DNA from: Eledone cirrhosa
Taxonomy: Eukaryota
Reading direction: 5' to 3'
Length of the DNA stretch: 64,000 nt
Assembly (NCBI GenBank): GCA_964016885.1
Contig: OZ024742.1
Coordinates: forward strand, 150,102,001 to 150,166,000
Position 1 is the stretch's first letter, and each line of letters starts with the position of its first letter. Below the pieces are notes generated by a model. The model was not told where the DNA came from and did no database searches. It saw only the letters and a list, made by a program, of their open reading frames with translations. A program made the position numbers and the translations under genes. This document shows positions 13,863 through 27,698 of the stretch, piece by piece.

Positions 13863-16800
13863 TAGTCCTGAAGATTTCTAATAAGAATGAAACGCGTAGA
13901 TTACTTCCCTTGCTTTTATCGAGAATCTAATTGTAATATGTGACGTATTCTATTCTATAGCGATTAGGTCTTCAAAATGTTTATTATAAACATACAGAAT
14001 ATTTTCGAATATTCTATGTCTATATTCACATATATATCGCTATTTCAGAGCATTTATTCCAATTTCTAATTTCTGCCGGACCGGCAACCGCTCTTTCAAA
14101 CCAGTTCCTGTACACAGCTAAGTATTCTATAAGTCTCTAGCTGTGTCATTCTCGATAAAAGCAATGGATATGTAGTCCTGAAGATTTCTAATAAGAATGA
14201 AACGCGTAGATTACTTCCCTTGCTTTTATCGAGAATCTAATTGTAATATGTGACGTATTCTATTCTATAGCGATTAGGTCTTCAAAATGTTTATTATAAA
14301 CATACAGAATATTTTCGAATATTCTATGTCTATATTCACATATATATCGCTATTTCAGAGCATTTATTCCAATTTCTAATTTCTGCCGGACCGGCAACCG
14401 CTCTTTCAAACCAGTTCCTGTACACAGCTAAGTATTCTATAAGTCTCTAGCTGTGTCATTCTCGATAAAAGCAATGGATATGTAGTCCTGAAGATTTCTA
14501 ATAAGAATGAAACGCGTAGATTACTTCCCTTGCTTTTATCGAGAATCTAATTGTAATATGTGACGTATTCTATTCTATAGCGATTAGGTCTTCAAAATGT
14601 TTATTATAAACATACAGAATATTTTCGAATATTCTATGTCTATATTCACATATATATCGCTATTTCAGAGCATTTATTCCAATTTCTAATTTCTGCCGGA
14701 CCGGCAACCGCTCTTTCAAACCAGTTCCTGTACACAGCTAAGTATTCTATAAGTCTCTAGCTGTGTCATTCTCGATAAAAGCAATGGATATGTAGTCCTG
14801 AAGATTTCTAATAAGAATGAAACGCGTAGATTACTTCCCTTGCTTTTATCGAGAATCTAATTGTAATATGTGACGTATTCTATTCTATAGCGATTAGGTC
14901 TTCAAAATGTTTATTATAAACATACAGAATATTTTCGAATATTCTATGTCTATATTCACATATATATCGCTATTTCAGAGCATTTATTCCAATTTCTAAT
15001 TTCTGCCGGACCGGCAACCGCTCTTTCAAACCAGTTCCTGTACACAGCTAAGTATTCTATAAGTCTCTAGCTGTGTCATTCTCGATAAAAGCAATGGATA
15101 TGTAGTCCTGAAGATTTCTAATAAGAATGAAACGCGTAGATTACTTCCCTTGCTTTTATCGAGAATCTAATTGTAATATGTGACGTATTCTATTCTATAG
15201 CGATTAGGTCTTCAAAATGTTTATTATAAACATACAGAATATTTTCGAATATTCTATGTCTATATTCACATATATATCGCTATTTCAGAGCATTTATTCC
15301 AATTTCTAATTTCTGCCGGACCGGCAACCGCTCTTTCAAACCAGTTCCTGTACACAGCTAAGTATTCTATAAGTCTCTAGCTGTGTCATTCTCGATAAAA
15401 GCAATGGATATGTAGTCCTGAAGATTTCTAATAAGAATGAAACGCGTAGATTACTTCCCTTGCTTTTATCGAGAATCTAATTGTAATATGTGACGTATTC
15501 TATTCTATAGCGATTAGGTCTTCAAAATGTTTATTATAAACATACAGAATATTTTCGAATATTCTATGTCTATATTCACATATATATCGCTATTTCAGAG
15601 CATTTATTCCAATTTCTAATTTCTGCCGGACCGGCAACCGCTCTTTCAAACCAGTTCCTGTACACAGCTAAGTATTCTATAAGTCTCTAGCTGTGTCATT
15701 CTCGATAAAAGCAATGGATATGTAGTCCTGAAGATTTCTAATAAGAATGAAACGCGTAGATTACTTCCCTTGCTTTTATCGAGAATCTAATTGTAATATG
15801 TGACGTATTCTATTCTATAGCGATTAGGTCTTCAAAATGTTTATTATAAACATACAGAATATTTTCGAATATTCTATGTCTATATTCACATATATATCGC
15901 TATTTCAGAGCATTTATTCCAATTTCTAATTTCTGCCGGACCGGCAACCGCTCTTTCAAACCAGTTCCTGTACACAGCTAAGTATTCTATAAGTCTCTAG
16001 CTGTGTCATTCTCGATAAAAGCAATGGATATGTAGTCCTGAAGATTTCTAATAAGAATGAAACGCGTAGATTACTTCCCTTGCTTTTATCGAGAATCTAA
16101 TTGTAATATGTGACGTATTCTATTCTATAGCGATTAGGTCTTCAAAATGTTTATTATAAACATACAGAATATTTTCGAATATTCTATGTCTATATTCACA
16201 TATATATCGCTATTTCAGAGCATTTATTCCAATTTCTAATTTCTGCCGGACCGGCAACCGCTCTTTCAAACCAGTTCCTGTACACAGCTAAGTATTCTAT
16301 AAGTCTCTAGCTGTGTCATTCTCGATAAAAGCAATGGATATGTAGTCCTGAAGATTTCTAATAAGAATGAAACGCGTAGATTACTTCCCTTGCTTTTATC
16401 GAGAATCTAATTGTAATATGTGACGTATTCTATTCTATAGCGATTAGGTCTTCAAAATGTTTATTATAAACATACAGAATATTTTCGAATATTCTATGTC
16501 TATATTCACATATATATCGCTATTTCAGAGCATTTATTCCAATTTCTAATTTCTGCCGGACCGGCAACCGCTCTTTCAAACCAGTTCCTGTACACAGCTA
16601 AGTATTCTATAAGTCTCTAGCTGTGTCATTCTCGATAAAAGCAATGGATATGTAGTCCTGAAGATTTCTAATAAGAATGAAACGCGTAGATTACTTCCCT
16701 TGCTTTTATCGAGAATCTAATTGTAATATGTGACGTATTCTATTCTATAGCGATTAGGTCTTCAAAATGTTTATTATAAACATACAGAATATTTTCGAAT

Positions 16801-17124
16801 ATTCTATGTCTATATTCACATATATATCGCTATTTCAGAGCATTTATTCCAATTTCTAATTTCTGCCGGACCGGCAACCGCTCTTTCAAACCAGTTCCTG
16901 TACACAGCTAAGTATTCTATAAGTCTCTAGCTGTGTCATTCTCGATAAAAGCAATGGATATGTAGTCCTGAAGATTTCTAATAAGAATGAAACGCGTAGA
17001 TTACTTCCCTTGCTTTTATCGAGAATCTAATTGTAATATGTGACGTATTCTATTCTATAGCGATTAGGTCTTCAAAATGTTTATTATAAACATACAGAAT
17101 ATTTTCGAATATTCTATGTCTATA

Positions 17125-17128
<4 letters not shown>
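13863..17128 (+). mobile_element. Right arm of 310-bp hammerhead tandem array (10.5 units, 11 HHRs); retrozyme-like
   Basis: CTGAAGA at 13868 + 310n up to 16968; reverse complement of the left-arm unit; ends in (TA)n. Confidence 0.9.
14148..14236 (+). ncRNA. Representative extended type I hammerhead of the array
   Basis: gtagtc-CTGAAGA-t ttct aata agaa t-GAAA-cgcg-TA-gattac; distal 17-bp helix attctcgataaaagcaa/ttgcttttatcgagaat; predicted cleavage after GUA at 14208. Confidence 0.8.
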
Positions 17129-17221
<93 letters not shown>

Positions 17222-17445
17222 GAGAGAGAGAAAGAAGTGGGGAAGACAGTCATACAGACATATATACAGAATGATTGATTTATCAATTGATTGATAGAGT
17301 AAATGAATGAGTTGGTGAGTTTTCGTCATGTATACTATTTCCATCCCCACAAGCCCACCCCTACTTAGCAGTGTCAAAATTACAGTCGTTTTACCCAGGA
17401 TGCTCCCAATGTTCTTGCTGATAAAAGTACAATTATGAATTTTAA

Positions 17446-17719
17446 CCCTTTCTGTTCAAATCGGCCTTAACTGGCCGCTCATACTGATGTTAAGGTATTA
17501 TTCTCAAAATTTCGTGGATCCGATATTATGTGGGAAAATTATACAAGATAACGCCTTTACTACAAAAATACAATTGTGTATATTTGTTTGTTTGAGACGC
17601 TAAACTCCGCCAGTCGCAGACTGCGCATCAACATAAGATATTTTTCTCCGCTAAGTTCGATCACCACCAGCAGAGTTTAAAGAGCAAAGATCAAGTCGAG
17701 CAATGTAAATGCTAAAGGG
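17446..17719. mobile_element. Possible piggyBac-type MITE
   Basis: TTAA-CCCTTT...AAAGGG-TTAA termini. Confidence 0.45.
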
Positions 17720-18109
17720 TTAAATAACATCCCGGTGTTTCCAATGTTATCCAGGTAATCTGAGCTACGATATGCTATGTCTTTTCTAATTACATAGTAC
17801 TATACTAATGATGTAATATATACACATCAGTAACTACAATGATTTGACATTTCTTTGATATTTACTGTTAATATCAGAGTTTTGTATGTAGTTGTTTCCC
17901 TTGTGTTTCCTTTATTTAAGTTTTCATAATTACTTCCCTTATATCCGAATGTATTTTCCTTGGAATAGGCTAGGTAACCGCTCCCGGCAAAATAGACAAA
18001 TATGCTTTTTAAGCTTATTTTACTGGTAAACCCTGAAGGGACGCAACTCAGGCCGGATGGGTGGGGGGGGGGGGGGGGTCCGGAAATTATTTACAGCTAA
18101 ATAATTATT

Positions 18110-18525
18110 TCTGGTATGATTTAATCGACTTTCCCCTCCCACCAAATTACTAGCCTTGTGCTAGTAATTTGGTGGGAGGGGGAAGCACAAGGCTAGTAAT
18201 TTGGTGGGAGTGGAAAGTCGATTAAATCGACCCCAGTACGTTACTGGTGTTTTATTTTATCGACCCCGTAAGGATGAAAGGCAAAGGTAACCTCAGCAGG
18301 ATTTGAACTCTGACCGTATTTTACAGCTAAATAATAATTGTTTCTACTTTAGGCACAAGGCCAGCAAATACCCAGTGCATTACTGGTACTTTATTTTATC
18401 GACCCCGTAAGGATGAAAGGCAAAGTCAACCTCGGCGGGATTTGAACTCAGATCGTAAAGGGACGTAACTATGCTGGAAAGCATGGCGTCCGATTCTCTA
18501 CCGATACTGCTAATCCACCGCCATG
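18110..18525 (-). mobile_element. Cluster of tRNA-derived SINE copies
   Basis: Reverse complement of B-box gagttcaaatccc plus the conserved gcctttcatcc...gtcgataaaataaagtaccag core, twice. Confidence 0.8.
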
Positions 18526-19619
18526 CTAAATAATAATAAGTGTTTTAGAACCCAGGTAGTGACTTACTGCTAAAATTCTTAATTTCGAAAATATTATGCC
18601 ATGGAACTCAGTAGATGTGTGTGTGTTTGTAACTTGCAAAGCAAGTACAATCTCTAAAACGGACCCAAAATTCTGGACGGGATACCGAACGTACAGAAAC
18701 GTCAAATTAAGGGTGAATTGTGCCAAATTTGTACGAATGTACCAACTTCGGCAGCACTAGTTCCGCGCAGGAGATGGGCCTTCCCTCATTCAGTAACCAT
18801 TTCTTTATTGTTGAAGTTTTTTCCCTTTGTAAAACTGTGGGGAAGACAAAAAGGGTAAGCATGACACGAGATACATATCGTCGGTACATAGTGGATAAAA
18901 ATCACAATACTAGAAAACATTAAAGATTATGGTGTCTACAAAATAAATAAACTAATAATAATTTTAAAATGACAAATACATATAATTTGAATAAAACGGT
19001 GGCCATCTCACCTTAATGGGCTAAACATGCACCTATATCTGTTAATGTTTAATCCAGCTCTGAGGTGGTGTATTGGTTGGCTTCCCGCTCACTGTGTTTT
19101 ACGTCATTATCCTACCCTGCTAACATAGCTTTCCATGTCAATGATTGTCTGGTTTGCTGGAGATCATCGAATGGTTAGCGGTAAATATGGACAAAGAATA
19201 GCATTTCCCGCTTGTACTCAGTATTTAACAGGCTGCGAGGTGTACCGACCTGACCTAATATGTAGGCTTCGGTCTTTTAGGCCGTCAACGTAATGCACAG
19301 CATATAGGCCCTATCAACATAACATCCTCCGGAGAAACGCCTTCTCTATTCTGTCCGCCAGGGCTATGGGAAGGCCAGCACGTGGGACCCTGTTTGCTCA
19401 CCATACAGAGAGAGATGGAGGCGATGACAGTGGGAGTTCGACTCTTCCACGTTCGGACCATATCCCTGTGGTTTTGTTTAATGTAGTTGTGTATTACATA
19501 CTACATTATTTAACATGACCTATTTGATAACTTGAGATCTGCATCTCGTAGACGTGTTATATTTTATAATTTCATGTTCTACAACTTCCTGAATAACTGA
19601 AAGCTATTATCTGTTATTT

Positions 19620-20500
19620 TCTCAGCATTTAGCAGCCGTGTCCCTTAGACGTGCAAAGCCACCGAGAAAACGGTGACTTCAGTACTCACATGTTTGTTTT
19701 ACAGGACATCCTATGATCTTTCCACACTTTGCTTAAATCACTCATCGCTGAGCGGCGATACCCACTCAACCGAAGATTCACTTTTCATTGTGGTAGTCGC
19801 TGTGGATATAGACTCCCAACCATTTAAATTGTTCGACCAGCTCGATCATCAGGCCATCGATCCGGATCACTGAACTTTCAGTTGGTGTCCTCTGTGATCA
19901 GCTATAAACGTAATTCATGTCAATTCATAGCTTTGAGTGGTTAATGCAATCGAATGCTTTCGTGAAATCAATAAAATACAAAAACATCTTGAATTGTTTA
20001 TCATGCGCCTTCTCTAAAACCCATAGGATGCTTTCTATGCAATCTCACGTTTGCAAAATCCGGCTTGTTTTCTGAGATCTTTGTTCGTATCAGTGATTCG
20101 AGTCGTTTTGAAGTGATACATGGCAGCACATTGTTGGCATATCATGCAAAGGCGACTGTTGAGTTGTTCTTAAGCCCCAGAACTTGTATTGATGAATTAA
20201 TTGATGGATATAGGGCACATATTTTCTTTAATGCAGACTTGTAGCATATCCGTTGGCATATTGTTTGGATCCGATGCATCTAAGCCTTCTTTTCTTTGAT
20301 TATAATATCAAATTCATCCTAATAATGTTTGGCGTCGAACTGTTCGGCAACACGACTGTGTCCCAGCACAGTTCTTGACAATATTCACAAGAGTTCACTG
20401 ACTGGCCGTTTCAAAGTTCGGTACTGTCTGTCAGTTCTTTTCATCAGACTAACCTACTCTAGGTAGTTACTGCTCACATTGATGTACTTCAGTTGATCGA
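19620..20500 (-). pseudogene. Highly degraded LINE (RTE-like) reverse transcriptase
   Basis: Minus strand ~19926-19976 reads FIDFTKAFDCINHSKL*; boundaries uncertain. Confidence 0.5.
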
Positions 20501-20539
20501 CTTGAGACTTTCTGTCTCTTCCTTTAGCTGCCGTTGTGA

Positions 20540-20930
20540 ATTGGCAGAGTCCTTCAAACGGCAGAAGAAATGCTTTGAAATATTTCTTCCGGCTCTTTAC
20601 GTTCTAAGTTCAATTCCAACTTAGGTCTACTCTGCGTTTCTTTCTTCCAAGGTCGATAAAATGGAGTACCAGTCATGTATTGGTTAATCGACTTATCCTT
20701 CGCATAAAATTATTTATCTTGTGCATAAATTAGAAACCAGCGGTGGATTGACAGTATCGGTAGAGGGTCGGACGCCATGCTTTCCAACATAGTTATGTCC
20801 CTTTACGATCTGAGTTCAAATCCCGCCGAGGTTGACTTTGCCTTTCATCCTTACGGGGTCGATAAAATAAAGTACCAGCCATACACTGTGTAATTGCTGG
20901 CTTTGTGCCTAAAGTAGAAACAATTATTAC
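20540..20930 (+). mobile_element. SINE dimer (one old copy, one young copy)
   Basis: Two successive heads and cores ending ...cctaaagtagaaacaattatt. Confidence 0.75.
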
Positions 20931-21371
20931 TCACGATTGAAGTCAATGTGACATCCACCGGCTTTGTGTTGGTATTTGCCGTCCACAGCTTGTAGATGTC
21001 AGAAGAGACCCGTTTTAACACATGCTTAAAGCGATGGTTCGGCTGTGTCTCTTGACGGTTTGGAGAGAGGTATAATAATAATGATAATAATAATAATAAT
21101 GATGAAATGATTGTGTACAGTGCTCAGGTGCACTACAACATATTTTTTATATCTCAGCACGGTCTTCAGCTCTTCGTAGAGCTCATCGATGGATTTCTCA
21201 TCTTGTTCCCTGGCAGGAAGTAAGCTATCTCATATTGGACGTTTTGACTTATCCCTGGACTCTGAGAATAAATCGGTCTTCCTTTTGAAATCAAGGGAAA
21301 TCCTGAAATGTAATATTTCCAAATGTGACGGATTGGCAGGATTGGTAAAAGTTTGGACAAAATGTGCATTA

Positions 21372-21447
<76 letters not shown>

Positions 21448-21654
21448 TAAATAACACAACACAAATATGCCTTTTAGATATTTAAATGGGTAATATACAT
21501 AGATATCTATACATACGTACATAGACACAAATATACCAGTATGCCAGAATATAAATCCGAAAATAAAATAAATATAACATATATGAACAAAACTGTACAT
21601 AGATATAATTAAGCAAAACATAAATTTAGTAAATGAATGTATAAAGAATTATTT

Positions 21655-21726
21655 TGGAGATACCGGGTCTCGAACCCGGGGCCTTTCGCTTGCGAAGCGA
21701 ACGCTCTACCACTGAGCTATATCCCC
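21655..21726 (-). tRNA. tRNA-Ala (anticodon CGC)
   Basis: GGGGATA/TATCTCC acceptor with G3:U70 Ala identity pair; D arm GCTC/GAGC; anticodon arm TTCGC-TTCGCAA-GCGAA; T arm CCGGG-TTCGAGA-CCCGG; discriminator A. Confidence 0.9.
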
Positions 21727-22106
21727 AATACACACAAAAAGATTTCCATAGACGTATTTATTTCCGACTCGGCAGTGCAGTGCACGATGGGAGATAGGTA
21801 GATGAATGCTGCATGGGCGGGGTTACTGGAAAGAAAAAATCAATATATTCTAATTTCCCAGCTTCATCTCTACAGCACGTACATCTCACGCGCACATGCA
21901 CATGCACACGCACACACACACTCGTACGCATACACGCGTGCAGTCAAACACGCGTGCACTCAAACACGCACACGCGTACATACACAGGCGTGCACACACA
22001 CACACGTACACATCTGAGTGCAGACATGCATCCTTTCCATTATTTCTACTTTTTCCTTCTTTCCATCCTTGGATATTTCACTCAATCTCGTCGAACGTGT
22101 AACGCT

Positions 22107-22146
<40 letters not shown>

Positions 22147-22236
22147 CCTACCTACCTATCTATTTATCTATCGATCTATCTATCTATCTATAGATCTATC
22201 TGCCTGTATTTTCTCTTTCTCTCTTTCTCTCCCCCT

Positions 22237-22273
<37 letters not shown>

Positions 22274-22428
22274 ATCTCTCTATATATATACTGTATATAC
22301 TCACTCACTTTTCCATTTCTCTATTTTTTCTTGTTTCACTTTCTCTTTCTCTCTTCGTCAATCTTCCTCATCTCCACGCACATTTTATACATACATACAT
22401 ACACGCAATACATACATACCTACATACC

Positions 22429-22492
<64 letters not shown>

Positions 22493-22541
22493 TATATATA
22501 TGCATATATATATATATGTATTTATTCACACAGACACACAG

Positions 22542-22590
<49 letters not shown>

Positions 22591-22608
22591 CACACATATA
22601 TATATATA

Positions 22609-22665
<57 letters not shown>

Positions 22666-22702
22666 ACACACAGACACACAGACACACACATATATATATA
22701 TA

Positions 22703-22736
<34 letters not shown>

Positions 22737-22740
<4 letters not shown>

Positions 22741-22929
22741 AACAAGTAAGACCCCGACGGCTGAGCTCAAGCCGTTTCGACGGCTAATTCTGGACCCAGA
22801 ATTAGCCGTCGAAAAGGCTTGAGCTCAGCCGTCGGGGTCCTACTCGTTCCTATTACCCACTCTACTACCCTAAGTATTGAGTACTTTGGTGCGTTATGGT
22901 CCACCTGGTTCCTTACCACATTTCCTTCG

Positions 22930-22933
<4 letters not shown>
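22737..22933 (+). mobile_element. Short fold-back element carrying a hammerhead 3' half (family F)
   Basis: ~55-bp inverted arms plus ~80-bp tail, (TA)n on both sides; other copies at 23814-24008, 24572-24719, 51797-51984, 58286-58478. Confidence 0.85.
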
Positions 22934-22978
<45 letters not shown>

Positions 22979-23204
22979 GACACATATATATATATAATAT
23001 ATATACACACACACACACATATATATATATTTCTCCGCTCTCCCACTCACCCACAGTCACCCTCACTCTCTCTCCCTCTCAGACATACGTACACATTCCT
23101 TTTTCTTTCTCACTTCTTTCATTTGCGTTCACTATATCGCCTTATTCCACACAAACAAATGCATATAAATACTCATTCCTTCAATTCCCCCATTTATTCA
23201 TTGC

Positions 23205-23270
<66 letters not shown>

Positions 23271-23421
23271 TATATATGTAGAAGTTCTATTTAAATTGTT
23301 GGGATACAACAAGCAAATATTTTTATAACTGATATAAAGCACTCAACAAATTATTGGAGTAAAAATACGATATATTAACAAAGGGTATGTCAATATTTAT
23401 TTATAAAACTGATCTATATTA

Positions 23422-23486
23422 TATTTTATCTGATGAAAGCACACCATAATTTAACTTGGTGTCCTTGAAATATGTATAATGAAATA
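23422..23486 (+). ncRNA. Type I hammerhead ribozyme
   Basis: tattttat-CTGATGA-aag cacacca/tggtgtc ctt-GAAA-tatgta-TA-atgaaata. Confidence 0.75.
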
Positions 23487-23528
23487 AATATGGTTTTATA
23501 AATATTGTTTCCATTTGTTAATATATCG

Positions 23529-23591
<63 letters not shown>

Positions 23592-23608
23592 ATAAATATA
23601 TATATATA

Positions 23609-23719
<111 letters not shown>

Positions 23720-23734
23720 ATATATATATATATA

Positions 23735-23813
<79 letters not shown>

Positions 23814-23815
<2 letters not shown>

Positions 23816-24005
23816 GAACGAGTAGGACCCCGATGGCTGAGCTCAAGCCGTTTCGACGGCTAATTCTGAGTCCAGAATTAGCCGTCGAAACGGCTTGAGC
23901 TCAGCCGTCGGGGTCCTACTCGTTCCTATTACCCACTCTACTACCCTAAGTATTGAGTACTTTGGTGCGTTATGGTCCATCTGGTTCCTTACCACATTTC
24001 CTTCG

Positions 24006-24008
<3 letters not shown>
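23814..24008 (+). mobile_element. Family F fold-back copy
   Basis: gtc-GAAA-cggct/agccg-TC-ggggtc at 23884-23915, mirrored to the left. Confidence 0.85.
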
Positions 24009-24078
<70 letters not shown>

Positions 24079-24238
24079 AAACATCACGGGCGCTCTATCT
24101 CAAAGTTATTTTTGAAAAGCATTAGAAATGCTGCAACCGGTAAAAACTTAAAACTAAAACTGAATACTAACCAATACTTATTAATAATTTTTACTTATTC
24201 ACTGGGAAAAATTTGTCAGCATTTTCTTTTCCTTTTAC

Positions 24239-24306
<68 letters not shown>

Positions 24307-24307
24307 G

Positions 24308-24402
<95 letters not shown>

Positions 24403-24436
24403 GTATATATATACATATATACATATATATATATGC

Positions 24437-24469
<33 letters not shown>

Positions 24470-24480
24470 CATATATATAC

Positions 24481-24574
<94 letters not shown>

Positions 24575-24718
24575 CAAAGAAAGTGTGGTATGGAACAAGG
24601 TGGACCATAACGTACTAGAGTACTCGATACTTAGGGTAGTAGAGTGGGTAATAGGAAAAGATCCGGGTCTAGCTGTCGAAACGGCCGGAGCTCAGCCGTC
24701 GGGGTCCTGACTCTTTTC

Positions 24719-24810
<92 letters not shown>

Positions 24811-24932
24811 ATGTATATATATATATATATTTAATATACAAATGGCTTCTACAGGACTAGAACTGTTTCATACTATGTATTGAGTGCGTTACTTACTGTG
24901 GTTACCCCCGAGTGAACCTAGGATAAACACAC

Positions 24933-24996
<64 letters not shown>

Positions 24997-25030
24997 ACAC
25001 ACACACACACATATATATATACATATATAT

Positions 25031-25121
<91 letters not shown>

Positions 25122-25199
25122 TAAATATATGAGTTCCGGGTCCAATCGACGGTAACTGCACCAAGTAGGGTACTCAATACATTAGTAGAGTTTATACAC

Positions 25200-25288
25200 A
25201 ATTTAATATAGAAATGGCCTCTACAGGACTAGAACGGTTTCCTTCGAATGAAACTGTTCTAGTCCTATAGAAGCCATTTCTATATTAA

Positions 25289-25291
<3 letters not shown>
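25200..25291. repeat. Fold-back of a hammerhead 3' half (family G)
   Basis: Palindrome centred near 25245; right arm matches 33000-33040. Confidence 0.8.
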
Positions 25292-25377
<86 letters not shown>

Positions 25378-25914
25378 GCACGCGCGCACTCACTTATATG
25401 TATATATATATATATATATACATGACTCTCCCAATATATATATTTCGTTTCTGAATTTGTTTAACAAGATTCTTTATCTGAAAACGTGTGTTGAAACCGA
25501 TATTGTTATGCTTTGGGAGGGTCATGTTGCCAATTAGAAACACACGCACCAGTTGCTTTCACTTCAATTTATTATAAATTAAATTTATAAATTTAGGAAT
25601 TTATAAATTTCCGGTTGGTTGATTGGTTCCACAACCAGACGATTGTTCATATATTGTCAAAGTTATTTCGTCACACACTCTGTGACCTTTTCAGTGACTT
25701 GGGATTCTTTTCTTTGTTTTTTTTTGTTTTTTTTTGTTTTTGTGCCTCTCCTTTGTTCTGTCCTATGCCATCTTGTTTTTGTGTGTGCTTAGTTTGCGCA
25801 TGTGTTACATCCGGGTGTTTGTGTGTGTTTATATTTGTTTATTTATTTGTTTATTTACATGTTACTGGTTGGTTGTTTGTTCTATGTGTGTGTGTGTGTG
25901 TTTTCATTTTGTCC

Positions 25915-27698
25915 TTAATTGTAAGTTGTGATGTTGCTATTCCATTCATGTTTTCTATTTAATTTTGGTTGGAGTTCATTTATGTTTATTGCCTCTGTGA
26001 TTTGTCTAAACATTGCGTCTTTTCTGTGTGTAGATTCTATTTTTATTTCTATGTTCTCTAATTTACCCTTATGTTCTATTTTAGCATGTTGGTGGAGTAC
26101 AGATGATTCTTTACTATCTTGAAACTCTCGCCAGTGTTCATTTATCCGTTCTCCTATACTACAAGCTGTCTCACCTATGTACACTATATTCTTATCTCTA
26201 CATTGTCCTTCAGTACATCTTATGCTATATACTACATTTCTAGTTTTGCAGTTAATATGGGGGCTTAGTTTACAGATTATACATTTCTAATCTATACAGG
26301 GAGGTCTTTGAAAAGGGTATGTATTGCTAATAAGTGTTTTTATGGAGGTACCTGGTCTTTCTACTATCTTAATATTGAGTTTATGTTTATCTAGGGCCCT
26401 TCTAAATTTGTAATCTAATTCACCTCTAGGGATTGTATTGATGAACATTACACTCTGGTATTTATTGCTATCATACCATGAGTTTATTCTATTAACCTTA
26501 TTCCTAGTTCTTTCTATTCCATTCCAAAATTTGCTCCTATACAAGGGGCAGGTCCCATTTGTGTCATTATTTACCATTTTTTCCCATTTGGTTCTGGCTC
26601 CTTTATATACTCTGATTTTATCTCTCTGATTGTAACCAGAGAACCGCATACGGTGGATGAAGTGTTGTATGTGTCTCTCTAGTTCTTTGGGGTTGCACAT
26701 GCGGGACACGTTTCTCATCACCCGTACCAAATCCGCAATCAGTATGTTGATTTCGGTGTGATCCGAAACAGCTGAGTTTCGGTGGATCAGATATTTGGAA
26801 GTCATGGGTTTGGCATAATGGGAATGGAGGATTTGTTTTTTGTTATTAATGGTATCTAACCAGAGCTCTGTGTCTAGTACCGGTAATCGATAGTTGGGGT
26901 GTTTGCTTGGGTAGTCTATAGTAACTCTAATACTCTGGTGGATGGAGTTAGCTATTTGTTGGATGCTTTCCATGGTGTTTTTCTCTAATTCTTGATTGTT
27001 CTCTAGTGGGGGTGTTTTTACTACGATGTTTATATCATCAACGTAGCAGGAGTACATTATCAGGGTTAAGAAGTTGCTGTCTTCTAATTGTTCTCTAAGT
27101 TTAAGTTTAAGTCTATTATCCCGGCATACCATGAATAGGTTAGCTATGTCACCTGCAATGCTAACACCAATGGCTGCTCCCTCCTCTTGGGCATGTGTTT
27201 TTCCATTAAATTTGAACTTATGTTCGTTAAGGGTTAATTTTATACTGGCCCCCACCGCATGTGCAATCATTTTCTTTAGTTCATCGTGGTTTTCGGGGGT
27301 CAGTATGGCTCTGGTCCACCCGTTCCATCTATCTGTGTGGGTTTTCTTGGCCATTGAGGTAATGGTAGGTGGTCTGCCTCTTGCTGGTCTTGTAGGGCAC
27401 AGGTTGCTTTCCATCGTGCTACGTTCTAAATCAAACTTGTTAGTGCTCTCTAGTGTGTGTGTGTGTGGGGGGGGGGGGGTTCTTATAACTATATTGATAT
27501 CGTCTACATAACGAGAGTACATGATGAGGTCTATGGAGCTCTCATTAAGGAGATCTTTAAGGCTCCTTTCCCACCATACCATGAAAAGGTTGGCAACATC
27601 ACCAGCTATGCTGACGCCGATGGCTGCTCCCTCATTTTGGGTGTAGATCTTCTCGTTGAACTTAAATATGTGGCCCTTTAGGGTAGTTTTGATACCGG
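25915..27698 (-). mobile_element. Penelope-like retroelement RT + GIY-YIG endonuclease (5' truncated, disrupted)
   Basis: RT motifs QEEGAAIG, YVDD, LPVLD; then NVVYSIRC...YIGET...RINEH...EAININELQPKLN; stop at 26287. Confidence 0.9.

Noticed and set aside
11561-17128. CRISPR array or ordinary centromeric satellite
   Set aside because: No unique spacers or cas genes; eukaryotic context; units are identical and each carries a ribozyme motif
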